A DNA stretch of 64,000 nt from an uncultured Gemmatimonadaceae bacterium (GCA_963843845.1 CAWJMB010000002.1:2656001-2720000), one strand, 5' to 3'; shown: positions 12,407 through 24,037, counted from the stretch's first letter. Numbers and translations are program-made. Notes: generated by a model from the sequence alone, not told the origin.

Positions 12407-13429
12407 TCACAGCCGCGCGATGACCGCGTTCGTGAACTCGTCGGTGCTCGCCGTGCCGCCGAGGTCGCGCGTGAGCGACGTGCCGTTCGCGCGATCTGCG
12501 CCTCGAACGCCGAGCGGATGCGCGTGCGCGACGTCGCTCTTGCCGAGGTGGTCGAGCATCATGCAGGCCGCGAGCATGAGCGCGCCCGGGTTCGCGATCT
12601 TCTTCCCGGCGATGTCCGGGCGCCGTGCCGTGTACCGCCTCGAAGATCGCCGCGTTCGGCCCGATGTTGCCGCCCGGCGCGAGCCCGAGCCCGCCGACGA
12701 GCCCCGAGATCAGATCGGAGAGGATGTCGCCGAACAGATTCGTCGTCACGATGACGTCGAACTGCTCCGGCGCCAGGACGAGCTGCATCGCCATCGCGTC
12801 GACGATCTGCTCTTCGAACTCGACGCGCCCCTCGTACTCTTGCGCGATCATCGCGCCCGACGTCGAGGAAGAGTCCCTGCGAGAACTTCAGGATGTTCGC
12901 CTTGTGCACGAGCGTGACCTTCTTGCGCCCGTGCGCGACCGCGTACTCGAATGCATAGCGCACGATGCGCTCGGAGCCGGAGCGCGTGATGAGCGCGACC
13001 GATTCCGCCGCGGCCTTCGGGTCGTCGCCGATCGGCACGTAGTGCTCGATGCCGATGTAGAGCCCTTCGGTGTTCTCGCGCACGAGCACGATGTCGAGAT
13101 CGTCGTAACCGCGTGGGCTCGCGATGATGGAGCGGGCCGGCCGCACGTTCGCGTAGAGGTCGAACGTCTTGCGCAGCGCGACGTTCATCGAGCGGAATCC
13201 CTGCCCCACGGGGGTCTCGAGCGGCCCCTTGAGCGCGAGGCGCGTCCGCTTGATCGAGTCGAGCGTCTGCTCCGGCATCGGATCGTTCCACCGCGCGACG
13301 CCCGCCATGCCGGCGACCTGCGTGTCCCACGCGATGTCGGCGCCTGCCGCGTCGAGGATGCCGAACCGTGGCGTCGGCGATGCACGGACCGATGCCGTCG
13401 CCGGGAATGAGAGTGACTTGCGTCGCCAT
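12407..13429 (-). CDS. Isocitrate/isopropylmalate dehydrogenase family, NAD-IDH-like (frameshifted)
   Basis: [42 protein letters not shown]. Confidence 0.9.
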
Positions 13430-13602
13430 GTCCGTGGGTCGAGATGATCGAAGAGTCGGTCGAGTCGGTTCGAGGGTCGAACGCGCAACCTAACGCGCGG
13501 CCCGCGGGCGGAACCAGCAGGAGGCCCCGCGCCAACGCAACCGGCATGACCTGCGTTGTGTGGAGGCGTTGACACGCTCTGTGCGGCCCTCATTTTCCCG
13601 CC

Positions 13603-15682
13603 ATGCAAACGACCCTCCGCACGCTCGGCTGGATCGCCGTCGCCCTCCTCGGCGCCGGCGCGTTCGGCGCCCTCGCCCTCCAACGCGGCGAGACCGATCA
13701 ACGCCGCCTGGCTCCTCACCGCGGCCGTCTGCACGTACGTCGATGGCGTACCGGTTCTACAGCCGCATCATCGCCGCCAACATCTTCGCGCTCGACGCGA
13801 CGCGCCGCACGCCTGCCGAACGCCTCGCCGACGGGCGCGACTACGTCCCGACCAACCGGTGGGTCGTCTTCGGCCACCACTTCGCCGCGATCGCCGGCCC
13901 GGGCCCGCTCGTCGGGCCGACGCTCGCCGCGCAGTTCGGATTTCTTCCCGGCGCGCTCTGGATCATCGTCGGCGTCGCCCTCGGCGGTGCGGTGCAGGAC
14001 TTCGTGATCCTCTGCGCGTCGCGTGCGCCGCGACGGCAAGACGCTCGGCCAGATGGCGAAGGACGAGATCGGGCCGGTCGCCGGCTTCACCGCGCTGGTC
14101 GCCGTCCTGGGCATCATGATCGTGCTCATCGCCGTGCTCGCGCTCATCGTCGTGAACGCGCTGCGCGAGAGCTCCGTGGGGCGTGGTGACGCATGGGCAT
14201 GACGATCCCGATCGCGCTGCTCATGGGCGTGTACCTGCGCTGGGTGCGCCCGGGGCGCGTGCTCGAGGCGACGGCGATGGGGCTCGTGCTGCTCGTGTTC
14301 GCCCTGTTCGCCGGCAAGTGGGTGTCCGAGAATCCTGGGCTCGCCCCGGTGTTCACGCTGACCGGCACGACGCTCGCGCTGATCATCATGGCGTACGGCT
14401 TCCTCGCGTCCGTGCTGCCGGTGTGGCTGCTGCTCGCGCCGCGCGACTACCTGTCGGCCTTCGTGAAGATCGGCGTCGTCGTCGCGCTCGCGGCGGGCGT
14501 CCTCATCGTGCTTCCGCCGATCCAGATGCCGGCCGTCACGCGCTTCATCGACGGCACCGGTCCGGTGTTCGCCGGCAAGCTGTTTCCGTTCGTGTTCATC
14601 ACGATCGCCTGCGGCGCGATCTCGGGCTTCCACGCGCTCATCTCGAGCGGCACGACGCCGAAGCTGCTCGAGCGCGAGCCGGACGCGCGCTTCATCGGCT
14701 ACGGCGCGATGCTCACCGAGTCGCTCGTCGCGATCCATGGCGCTCATCGCCGCGTGCGTGCTGACCCCCGGCGTCTACTTCGCCATCAACTCGCCCGGCG
14801 GCATCATCGGCACGACGGCCGCCACCGCGGCGCAGACGATCAGCGGGTGGGGCTTCGCCGTGACGCCGCTCGAGCTCGATCAGCTCGCGCAGCAGGTCGG
14901 AGAGACCTCGCTGCTCTCGCGCACCGGCGGCGCGCCGAGCCTCGCGGTCGGCATGGCGCACCTGTTCTAGCCGCGCGTTGGGCGGCGGCGCCGCTGGCGC
15001 TGTGGTACCACTTCGCGATCATGTTCGAGGCGCTGTTCATCCTGACGACGCTCGACGCCGGCACGCGCGTCGGCCGCTTCATGCTGCAGGATCTGCTCGG
15101 CAACCTCTGGAAGCCGCTCGGCCGCGTCTCCTGGTACCCGGCCGTCATTCTCGCGAGCGCGCTCGTTCGGTCTCGGCGTGGGGCTACTTCCTCTACTCAG
15201 GCGTCACCGATCCGCTAGGCGGCATCAATTCGCTCTGGCCGCTCTTCGGCATCTCGAACCAGCTGCTCGCCACGGTCGCGCTCTGCGTCGGCACGACGGT
15301 CATCATCAAGATGGGGAAGGCGCGCTACGCGTTCGTCACCCTGCTCCCGATGGTGTGGCTCGTGATCGTGACGATGTCCGCCGGCCTGCTCAAGATCTTC
15401 TCGTCGAACCCGAAGGTCGGCTTCCTCACCCACGCCCGCGTGTTCAGCGAGGCGATCGCCGCGGGCCAGATCCCCGCCGGCGCGAAGTCGATCGAGGCCG
15501 CGCAACGCATGATCTTCAACGACCGGCTCGACGCGGCCGTCGCCGCGTTCTTCCTGATCGCGGTCGTCGTCATTCTCGCCGACTCGCTGCGCGAGTGGTC
15601 GGCGGTGCTCTCGGGCCGTAAGGCGATTCGCAGCTCGGAGGTGCCCTTCGAGGCGCGCACCGTCCCGGTGGCCGGCGACTAA
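13603..15682 (+). CDS. cstA: Carbon starvation protein A family transporter (frameshifted)
   Basis: [49 protein letters not shown]. Confidence 0.92.
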
Positions 15683-15696
15683 CCGTCCCGCCGTCG

Positions 15697-15771
15697 GTCC
15701 CGAGCGCCGTGAGGGACCGCGCCGTCTCAGCCTTCCGGCCGAGCAGCGCGGTCCCTCACGGCGTTCGGGAC
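15697..15771. terminator. Long inverted repeat between convergent genes (terminator-like or REP-like)
   Basis: 26-bp arms at 15697-15722 and 15746-15771 with one G-T mismatch. Confidence 0.6.
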
Positions 15772-15778
15772 GTCGGTG

Positions 15779-16984
15779 TCAGATCGCCAGTTCCACGCGC
15801 CCCTTCCCTCCGTGCTTCGCGGCGTACAGCGCGGCGTCGGCGCGTGCGGCCCACTCCGCCGACGTCTCCTGATCCCGGAGCGCGGCGACGCCGGCGGAGA
15901 TCCCGGCGCGAACCTCGCCAAGGTCGAGCGTGAGCGCTGCGACGTTCGCTGCGAGTCGCGCCGTGATCCGCGCGGCGTCGGCGACCGGCGTGTCGCGCAT
16001 GATGACCGCGAACTCGTCGCCTCCGACGCGCGCGAGCGTGTCCGTTCGTCGCAGGAACGTGCGCGCGAGCTGCCGCGCGACGTGCTTCAGCAGATCGTCC
16101 CCGGCCGCGTGTCCGTACGTGTCGTTCACCGTCTTCAGCCCGTCGACGTCGAGCACGACCAGACACGCCGGCTGACTCCACAGCTCGTGCACGGCGACGG
16201 CGTCCGCGATGGCGGCGTCGAACGCGCGGCGATTGCCGATCCCGGTCAGCGCGTCCGTCGCGCTGTCGCGCCTCGCCGCGTCGAGCGCACTGCCGAGCGA
16301 CATCACCTGCTCGCCGAGCGTCGCGAGCTGCCGCACGCGCCGCTGCTCGCGCGTCGACAGCTGCGCGGAGAGGTCGCTCAGCGCGGCGAGCGCCGCCTCC
16401 CGGATCACATCCGGATCGGCCTCGCGCAGCGCGCGCGCGTGCCGCTCGATAGCGCGTACGGACGCGCGCCCCGCGTCGCCATCCGCCTGCGCCACGCGGT
16501 GCAGGCCGTGCACGAGCGTCCAGATCGTGTCCCGGAGCTCGGCCAGCGTCGACGACACGTGCGCGTGCTCCGCACGCCGATCGCCGACGGCGAATCGGGA
16601 CGCGCCTGGCCAGTCGCGCTGTGCGACGCTGCACCCGCGCGGCACCGCCGACGCGTCTGGTGCCGCATGACCGGCCGCGTCGTCGGCGTCGCGCGGCTCG
16701 AGTGCCGACGGATGCTCGAGGCCAAGCGTCAGATGGCGACGCCACAGCTCCGCGACGCGCCGAGCGTCGCCTGCGCTCCGGGCGCTCGTATCGTGCGCGT
16801 AGGCGCCGGCGAGCTGGACGAGCGATCCGATCGTGTCGACCATGCTCCCCAGCGTCGCGTCGTCGACGCCCATCACGGTCGGTGATGCGTGCGGCTGCTC
16901 GTTCCGCTCGACGCGGAGCGCTGTAGCGGAGCGGTCCTCGGCGTCGTGGCGCGTGAGCCACCGCTTGAACGGGAGAACGGACAT
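15779..16984 (-). CDS. Diguanylate cyclase (GGDEF)
   Basis: TDALTGIGNRR, RxxD I-site (RRTD), intact GGDEF. Confidence 0.9.
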   Translation of the reverse strand: MSVLPFKRWLTRHDAEDRSATALRVERNEQPHASPTVMGVDDATLGSMVDTIGSLVQLAGAYAHDTSARSAGDARRVAELWRRHLTLGLEHPSALEPRDADDAAGHAAPDASAVPRGCSVAQRDWPGASRFAVGDRRAEHAHVSSTLAELRDTIWTLVHGLHRVAQADGDAGRASVRAIERHARALREADPDVIREAALAALSDLSAQLSTREQRRVRQLATLGEQVMSLGSALDAARRDSATDALTGIGNRRAFDAAIADAVAVHELWSQPACLVVLDVDGLKTVNDTYGHAAGDDLLKHVARQLARTFLRRTDTLARVGGDEFAVIMRDTPVADAARITARLAANVAALTLDLGEVRAGISAGVAALRDQETSAEWAARADAALYAAKHGGKGRVELAI

Positions 16985-17125
16985 GGCGTCGCACGGGGTG
17001 AGCGCTCGCGGCCCTCGGCGTGGAGCCGCGTCACCCGACAGACGACCGATGCGTCTCCGGCGAAACCCGCCCGAGCGTGCGAGCGACCGGTTGCGGCGGT
17101 CGCCTCCGCTGTCGATGATTCACGC

Positions 17126-17356
17126 ATGGACCGCGCGATCACACCCTCGACCATCCGACGCGTCGTCTGCGCGACTCGCGACTTGCAACGGCGCGTACAT
17201 ACCGTGCTGCTCGCGATCCTCGGCGCGCCGAACTACGACCGCTACGTCGCCCTCACGGCCGCCCGCACGCCACACGTGGCACCGATGTCACGAGACGAAT
17301 TCGCGCGCGAGCGGCTCGCCGCGCGCTACAACCGCCCTGGCGCGCGCTGCTGCTAG
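17126..17356 (+). CDS. YbdD/YjiX family small protein
   Basis: GAPNYDRYV..PMSRDEF..RYNRPGARCC, C-terminal RCC; near cstA. Confidence 0.8.
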   Translation: MDRAITPSTIRRVVCATRDLQRRVHTVLLAILGAPNYDRYVALTAARTPHVAPMSRDEFARERLAARYNRPGARCC

Positions 17357-17808
17357 CGCTTCCCTGAGGATCGCGTCGGAGCGGCCGACTTCGCGACCTT
17401 CTTCGCGGCCGGCTTGGTCGCTGCCTTGACCGCGGACTTCGCGGCGGGCTTCGCCGGCGACTCCGGCGCGTGCGCCTCCTCCGCCGCCGGCGCCATCTCG
17501 GGCGGTGCGACGTCACGCTGCGCCGCGTCAGCTGGAGCCCCACCTGCCGGGGCCACGTCCGCGCCGCGCACCTCGACGGCCTGAGCCGCCGCCGCGCGCT
17601 TGGCATCCTCCAGCACCGCCGCCACGTCGGACTGTAGCTCGGCGGCGTCCGCCGCCTCCGCTTCAGCCGGACTCGGCACCGGTGGCTTCACGGCCGAGCG
17701 GCCGCGCCCTTTCATCGCGCTCTTCGCCATCGCCGCGTCGAATTGCGCCTTCGCCTCGCGCATCGCTGTCGCGTACGCGGGATCGTCGCGGTTAATCCTA
17801 CCACTCAT
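17353..17808 (-). CDS. Hypothetical protein with Ala/Lys/Pro-rich histone-like tail
   Basis: PAKPAAKSAVKAATKPAAKKVAK tail. Confidence 0.55.
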   Translation of the reverse strand: MSGRINRDDPAYATAMREAKAQFDAAMAKSAMKGRGRSAVKPPVPSPAEAEAADAAELQSDVAAVLEDAKRAAAAQAVEVRGADVAPAGGAPADAAQRDVAPPEMAPAAEEAHAPESPAKPAAKSAVKAATKPAAKKVAKSAAPTRSSGKR

Positions 17809-17926
17809 GCTACGTCGACTCCGTCGGAAGGTTTTTGCAAGCTAACGCATCCGGGCGCGGACGGCGGCCTAACGCCACGGTCCCGTCACACTTGCGGTGC
17901 GATCGACGTGCGCGCATCTAGCGCCG

Positions 17927-19135
17927 ATGCCCGACACTCACGCCCCGATCGTCGCGAGCCCCGAGCGTGTGCACGCGGCACTCGCGACGACGCGCCGGGC
18001 ACTCCGCGCCCGTGACGAGCTGCTCGTGCAGACGCAGGTCGACATCGCGCGGATCGCGGCGCCGACCGGCGACGAGCAGGAGCGTGGCGACTGGATCGCC
18101 GAGCGTCTGCTGGCGCTCGGACTCGGCGACGTTCGACGCGACGCGGTCGGCAACGTGATCGGCCGACGCGCGGGGTACGACCGGCGGTACGCTGCGGCCC
18201 CCGTCGTTCTCTGCGCGCACCTCGACACCGTGTTTCCGCGCGACGTGCCCCTGAACGTTCGCCGCGTCGGAGCGCGGTGGGTCGGTCCGGGCATCGGTGA
18301 CAACAGCCGCGGCCTGGCCGGACTGCTCGCCATCGCCGAAGCGCTTCGCGAGCTGCGCACGCTGCGCCCCGTGGAGTTCGTCGCGACGGTCGGGGAGGAG
18401 GGGCACGGCGATCTCCGCGGCGCGAAGCACTACTTCAGGGAGAACGCGCGCCCTGCCGCGGTCATCGTCGTCGACAGCCCCGGCGACGACCGCGTCGTAC
18501 ATCGGGCGCTCGGCGTGCGCCGCTTCCACGTCGCGTTCTGCGGTCCCGGGGGGCACAGTTGGACGGCGTTCGGCGTGCCGAACGCGATTCACGCCGCCGC
18601 GCGCTGTGCGGCGCGCCTCGCCGCGCTGGACTTGCCGACCTCGCCACGCGCGGCGCTGACGGTCAGCCGCATCGGCGGCGGGCTCGCGGTGAACGTGATC
18701 CCGAGCGAGGCGTGGCTCGAGGTCGACATCCGCTCGACCGACGCGACGCAGCTCGACGACCTCTCGCGCCACGTACACGCCGCCGCACGGGCCGCCGCCG
18801 CCGAGGAGAACGCGCGGCGCGCGGCGAACGCGCCGCCGTTGACGTTCGTGATCACCGCGACGGGGGACCGCCCGCCTGGCGCCGTCGCAGCCGACGATCC
18901 GCTCGTCCGCGCGGCGATCGCCGCGACGCAGCTCGTCGGGCGGTCGCCCGAGCTCTCCGTCGCCTCGACCGACGCGAACGTGCCGATCGCCCTCGGAATC
19001 CCGACCGTCGCGATCGGCGCCGGCGGCCGCGGCGGCGAGGCGCACACCGTCGACGAGTGGTTCGAGAACGTCGAAGGCACGCGCGGAATCGCGCGTGCCC
19101 TGACGCTCACGGTAGCCGCAGCGGGTCTCGCCTGA
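17927..19135 (+). CDS. M20/M25/M40 family metallo-hydrolase
   Basis: AHLDTV, GIGDNSRG, VGEEG, STDAN, AHTVDEW. Confidence 0.85.
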   Translation: MPDTHAPIVASPERVHAALATTRRALRARDELLVQTQVDIARIAAPTGDEQERGDWIAERLLALGLGDVRRDAVGNVIGRRAGYDRRYAAAPVVLCAHLDTVFPRDVPLNVRRVGARWVGPGIGDNSRGLAGLLAIAEALRELRTLRPVEFVATVGEEGHGDLRGAKHYFRENARPAAVIVVDSPGDDRVVHRALGVRRFHVAFCGPGGHSWTAFGVPNAIHAAARCAARLAALDLPTSPRAALTVSRIGGGLAVNVIPSEAWLEVDIRSTDATQLDDLSRHVHAAARAAAAEENARRAANAPPLTFVITATGDRPPGAVAADDPLVRAAIAATQLVGRSPELSVASTDANVPIALGIPTVAIGAGGRGGEAHTVDEWFENVEGTRGIARALTLTVAAAGLA

Positions 19136-19174
19136 CGCGCCGTCACGCCGGCGCGCCGTCAGGCCGGCGCGCCG

Positions 19175-20165
19175 TCAGGCCTCGACGCGCACCTCGGAGT
19201 GGTCGCCGATCGTCACGACCCCACGCACGCCGTCGAGCGACACCGCGTCGCCGATCAGCGACGAGCGCAGCTGCACGTTCGTGAGTCGCGCCTTCTCGCC
19301 GATCACCGAGTCGCGCACCTCCGAGCCGTCGATCACCGTACCCGACGAGATCGACACGTTCGGCCCGATCGTCGAGTTCGTGATCGTCACGCCGTCCTCG
19401 ATGTACACGGGCTCGACGATCTGCGCGCTCGCGTCGAGATGCGCCGGACGGCGCGCGCGGCCCTTCGTCGAGCATCACCCGGTTCGTGTCGAGCAGCGTC
19501 TCGTTCTGCCCGGCGTCGTACCACCCGTCCACGTCGACGACGCGAATCTTCGCGCCTTTGTCGATCATGTACTGGAACGCGTCGGTCAGGTAGTACTCAC
19601 CCTTGTTCTTCGGCCGGGAGAGCACATGGTCGATCCCCTCGTACAGCAGTTGCCAGTTGCGGATGTAGTACAGGCCGATGTTCGCGCGCTTCGAGATCGG
19701 TGTCGATGGCTTCTCGACGATCTGCGTCATGTTGCCGTCGGCGTCGCTCACGACGACGCCGAACCGCTGGTAGTCGTCGACTTCCTTGACCCAGATGATC
19801 CCGTCCGCGTCGGTCGACTGCACGATCGAGAGGTCGGCATCGAAGATCGTGTCGACGAAGATGATCAGCACCGGCTGATCGACGTACGGCCGCGCGAGAT
19901 TCACCGCGCCCGCCGTGCCGTCCTGCACCTTCTGCTCGATGAAGACCGCGGGCAGCCCGATGTCGTTCCGCGCGTGCGCCTCGACTTTGTCTTTCAGGTG
20001 GCCGGTGATGTACACGACCTGCTCGACGTCGCCGAGCTTCTTCACGTCGTCCATCACGTAGTCCATCACCGGCTTTCCCGCGATGCGGAGCATCGGCTTC
20101 GGCGTGACGTGCGTGTGCGGGCGGAGCCGAGTGCCTTTGCCGGCGAGCGGGATGATGACTTTCAT
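19175..20165 (-). CDS. Sugar-phosphate nucleotidyltransferase (frameshifted near 19460)
   Basis: LAGKGTRLRPHT..PKP, VEKP, C-terminal hexapeptide repeats. Confidence 0.88.
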
Positions 20166-20192
20166 GTCGCGGTGTGGTGAATCCGTCGCGGT

Positions 20193-20616
20193 TTACGGCG
20201 CGCTCGTGCCTTCGCGCCCGTATCGATCCTTGAGGCGAACGACGTCGTCGAGCTCGGGCGTCGACGCCTCGAGCACGTCGCAATCGGTGACGGCTTCCAT
20301 GTAGTGGATCGTGCCCGGCGTGATGCGGAACGCCTCGCCCGAGCGGAGCTGCACGTCGCGCGAGCTCGTCGTCGCCGGGTAGCTGCACCCAGTAGCGCAT
20401 CTCGTCCGTGAGCAGATAGACCGTCTCGTCCTTCCGCTCGTGATACTGCACCGACAGCGAATGGCCCGCCGTGATGTGCAGGATCTTGCCGACGTAGCGA
20501 TCGGTGTGCGCCCAGATGATCTCGTGCCCCCATGGCTTCGGCACGATCCGAACGGGAGACCGGCCGCTCTGGGCGTCTGGGGGCGTGAACGTCATGTCGA
20601 GGCGGGTCGCAGTCAC
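20193..20616 (-). CDS. Cupin-domain protein, mannose-6-phosphate isomerase-like (frameshifted)
   Basis: PKPWGHE, SLSVQYHERKDET. Confidence 0.8.
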
Positions 20617-20681
20617 GGCAGGGATCGAGGAGGGAGGATGAAGACTCGCTCACAGACGAACCAGCCGGACGGCGCGTTTCG

Positions 20682-21236
20682 TCACCCGGTGGCGCCGCCG
20701 TGCACCAGTCGCTCGCGGAGCAGTCGCAGCCGACGCCGCACCGAGCCGTCCATCACCTGGTCGCCGACCTTCACGATCACGCCGCCGACGATCTGCGGGT
20801 CGATCGTCACGTGTGCCACGACCTGCTTGCCGAGCGTCTTCGAGAGCCGCGCGGCCACCGCGTCGCGCTCCGCGTCCGAGACGGGCCGCGCGAACGTGAC
20901 CTGCGCGTGCACGCGTCCTTCGTTCGCGTCGAGCAGCGCGCGATACTCGGTCGGCGATCTGCGGGATCAGCATCTGCCGCCGCTTCGTCGACGAGCATCT
21001 GCAGGAAGCGGAGGAACAGCCGCGGCACGCGATCCTGGAACGCCTTCGTCAGGATCTCGTTCTTCTGCTCCGCCGCGATGCGCGGCGACTCGAGGAAGAG
21101 CCGCAGCGTCGGGTCCGTGCCGACTGCGTCGGCGACCTCGGTCGCCATGCGCGCCCCATCCCTCGGCGTCGTTCGCCTTCCGAGCGAGCGCGAGCAGCGC
21201 CTCGGCGTAGTTCCGCGCGATCGTGGAGTCGCGCAT
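20682..21236 (-). CDS. atpH: ATP synthase F1 delta subunit (frameshifted)
   Basis: IARNYAEALL; IDPQIVGGVIVKVGDQVMDGSV. Confidence 0.9.
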
Positions 21237-21851
21237 CAGCTGACCGGGCGCCCGCGACGTGTCGAGCGACGCGAGGAAGTTCTCGACGAGCTGGCGGTTG
21301 CGAGCTCTCGTCGAGGTTGCGCTCGATGACGCTTCGACGCGCCGGCGAGCGCGAGATCGACCGCCTCGCGCCGCAGCTCGGCGATCGCCCGCTCGCGCTC
21401 GGCCTCGATGTCGCGGCGCGCGCGCTCGAGCATCTCTGCTGCTGCTGACGCGTCTGCTCGAGCATGTCGTCTTGCATGCCGCTCGGCACGTCACGCGCCC
21501 CTCGGCGATGAGCCGCTGCGCCTCCGCACGCGCGCCCGTCGATCTGCGCGGCGATGCTCGGCGAGCAGCCCGGGCTGCCTCCTCGCGGTCACGCTTCGCG
21601 CTCTCGATCGCCTCTTCGAGCGCCCGCTCGCGCGCCTCGACGGCCGCCGTGATCGGCTTGAACGCGTACTTGCGACAGCACGAAGAACAGAATCAGGAAG
21701 ATCAGCAGCGTCCAGAACATCAACCCCGTGCTGGGCGTTCATCAGAGACGCCGCACCACCTTCCGGCGGCAGCTTCCTGCGCGCCGGCGACGCGGCCGAC
21801 GAGCCGAGAGGAGAGCGGAGTGGCGACGAACGCGCGAAGCAACGGTCGCAT
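21236..21851 (-). CDS. atpF: ATP synthase F0 b subunit (heavily frameshifted)
   Basis: MFWTLLIFLIL segment; ARRDIEAERERAIAELRREAVDLAL; position in operon. Confidence 0.85.
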
Positions 21852-21913
21852 GAGCGGAGAAGAAGAGACGCGTGCGACGGCGCGTCACGAGACGCGCCGC
21901 CGCGAACGCGGGA

Positions 21914-22204
21914 TTAGTTGAACTTGAGCTGGATGAGCAGCGCGACGACGATCGCGAACAGCGCGGCGCCCTCGATGAGCGCGGCGAGGATGATGCCGCG
22001 CCGTCTGGATCTGGCCGGCCGCCTCCGGCTGACGCGCGATCGCCCTCGGCCGTCGAACCGCCGATGCGGCCGATGCCGAGACCGGCGCCGATCACCGCGA
22101 GGCCGGCGCCGATGCCGGCGCCCATCATCGCCCACGCGCCCATGTAGTCGCGCGTGAACGCGCCGCCTCTCGGCGGCCGCCTGCAGGAGAGGAAGGATTG
22201 CCAT
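21914..22204 (-). CDS. atpE: ATP synthase F0 c subunit (frameshifted)
   Basis: GAGIGAGLAVIGAGLGIG; ILAALIEGAALF. Confidence 0.92.
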   Translation of the reverse strand: MAILPLLQAAAERRRVHARLHGRVGDDGRRHRRRPRGDRRRSRHRPHRRFDGRGRSRVSRRRPARSRRRGIILAALIEGAALFAIVVALLIQLKFN

Positions 22205-22361
22205 GGATTCGTTCAGTCAGTGCGTGGTGTCCAATCGTTGCGCCCGGCGCCTCACGGCGCTGCTCGTCACCGGGCTGACGCCCAACGAGCTTCACCGGCC
22301 CCTCGGCCGGCTACAGTCGCGACGCGGTCGAGCGCGACGCCGCGTGCGTACCACGGAGTGA

Positions 22362-23374
22362 TCAGTGATGGGCGTCGCGGATCTGGCCGATGAACACGCT
22401 CACGAGCAGCGTGAAGATGTACGCCTGCAGGAACGCGACGAACACCTCGAGCACCATGATCCCGCTCGCCATCGAGCAGCGGCGCGACCGCGATGCCCAG
22501 GAACAGGTACCGAACGTGAAGATCATGCCGATGAACGCGAGCACGACGACGTGCCCGGCGGTCATGTTCGCGAACAGACGGATGGCGAGCGCGAACGGCT
22601 TCGTGAACTTTCCGAGCAGCTCGACCGGCGTCATGATCAGGAACAGGAGGACCCGGATCGGCAGTCGGCAGATCCTTGTTCCAGTAGAAGATCGTGTTGA
22701 TGTAGTGCGAGCCTTGCGCGCGCATGCCCGCGACCTCGATGACGACGAACGCGATCACCGCGAGCGTCGCCGTCACGGCGATGTTGCCCGTCGCCGTCGA
22801 CCCGAACGGGATGAGGCCGAGCAGGTTCGCGAACAGGATCATGAAGAAGAACGTCAGCATCACCGGCACGAACGCGTATGCCGTGCGGCCCGACGTTCGC
22901 GAGGATGACCTTGTCGCGGATGTAGAGCACCATGCGCCTCGATCCCTGCCGCGAAGCCTTTCGGGCGCCCGACCGCGTGCGAGTGCTTCTTGTGCGCCGC
23001 CGCGCGCGCCGTGATGAGCACGATGGCAGCAGAGCAGCGCCGAGACGAGCATCATCACGACGTGCTTCGTCGGCGAGAGGTCGATGCGTGAGCGGCGCCG
23101 ATGCGGAGCGGCGCCCAGTGCGGCAGCTCCACCTCGCACGCGAACTCCGGCCATTCGAGGACACGGCAGCTCGAGGTGGTGGCTGTCCGTGATGTGCGGC
23201 ATGATGATGTCGACGCCGCCGCCCCGCCGCTTCTCGGCGACGTGCTGATCGAGCTGCGGCGCGACGGGCCGCCGTGGCCGTGCGCGACGGCGGCGTCGCG
23301 CGGCGTGCGCGCGTCGGGCGCGAGCGGCGCCGGACGAGCGCGAGCGAGGACGGCGAGCGAGCAGCCGTCTTCAT
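22362..23374 (-). CDS. atpB: ATP synthase F0 a subunit (frameshifted)
   Basis: [26 protein letters not shown]. Confidence 0.92.
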
Positions 23375-23738
23375 GACCTGACGTTCAGCGCGAGTGGTTC
23401 GACGAGCATCGAGAGAAAGAAAAACGTCGCGAGACTGACGAGCGCCGCGACCGGAGACAGCGAGAGCGCTTTCACGACGAACAGTCCGTACACCCCGAGC
23501 GTCGACCATCCGCAGCAGCGCGCCGAGCCCCCATCCGGCGATCGCGTTGCGCGGGTCCCGCGCGACGAGCCGGAGCACCACGAACGCGAACAGTTGCACC
23601 ACGATCGCGATGCCGCCGCTCACGACGATCGCCTGGCGCGCCGCGTCGCCGTCGAACACGAGCGCCGTCAGCAGCGAAGCCAGCGCCGAGCGACGATCGG
23701 CGATGCGAGAGCGCCGCGTAGAGCGCGACCGCCTTCAC
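23371..23738 (-). CDS. AtpI-like membrane protein (frameshifted)
   Basis: Small hydrophobic ORF directly upstream of atpB. Confidence 0.55.
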
Positions 23739-23999
23739 CGCGCCCGCACGGTCCGCACCCGAGCTTGCGATAGAGGCTGTAGAACGCTGCCGCCGCGCCG
23801 ACGAAACGTTCACGAGCAACAGCAACCAGGGCGACGTGCCGAGCCGAGTGTCGAGCCACCGGCCGGCGTAGAGGAAGAGCAGGACCGAGACGACGAACTG
23901 CACGCCGAACCCGGCCAATTCCGTCGCCGAGCGCGACTCGGCCCGCGCCCTGCCGGTCTGTCCGCCGCGCGCCGGCGCCGCTCGTCCTTCCCTGGTCAT
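23735..23999 (-). CDS. AtpZ/AtpI (ATPase gene 1) family protein
   Basis: GVQFVVSVLLFLYAGRWLDTRLGTSPWLLL. Confidence 0.8.
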
Positions 24000-24019
24000 C
24001 GCGGGCGGGAATCTAGTGC

Positions 24020-24037
24020 TTGTGAAATTTTTCGCAA
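24020..24037. promoter_or_regulatory. Rex-type operator upstream of the atp genes
   Basis: TTGTGAA-ATTT-TTCGCAA versus consensus TTGTGAA-N4-TTCACAA (one mismatch), 20 bp from the first atp start codon. Confidence 0.65.

Noticed and set aside
17345..17356. Possible selenoprotein (YbdD family)
   Set aside because: The gene ends TGC-TGC-TAG (Cys-Cys-stop) with no in-frame TGA.
19137..19181. 16-bp tandem repeat between convergent genes
   Set aside because: Short, GC-rich and under three copies; chance or assembly stutter is likely.
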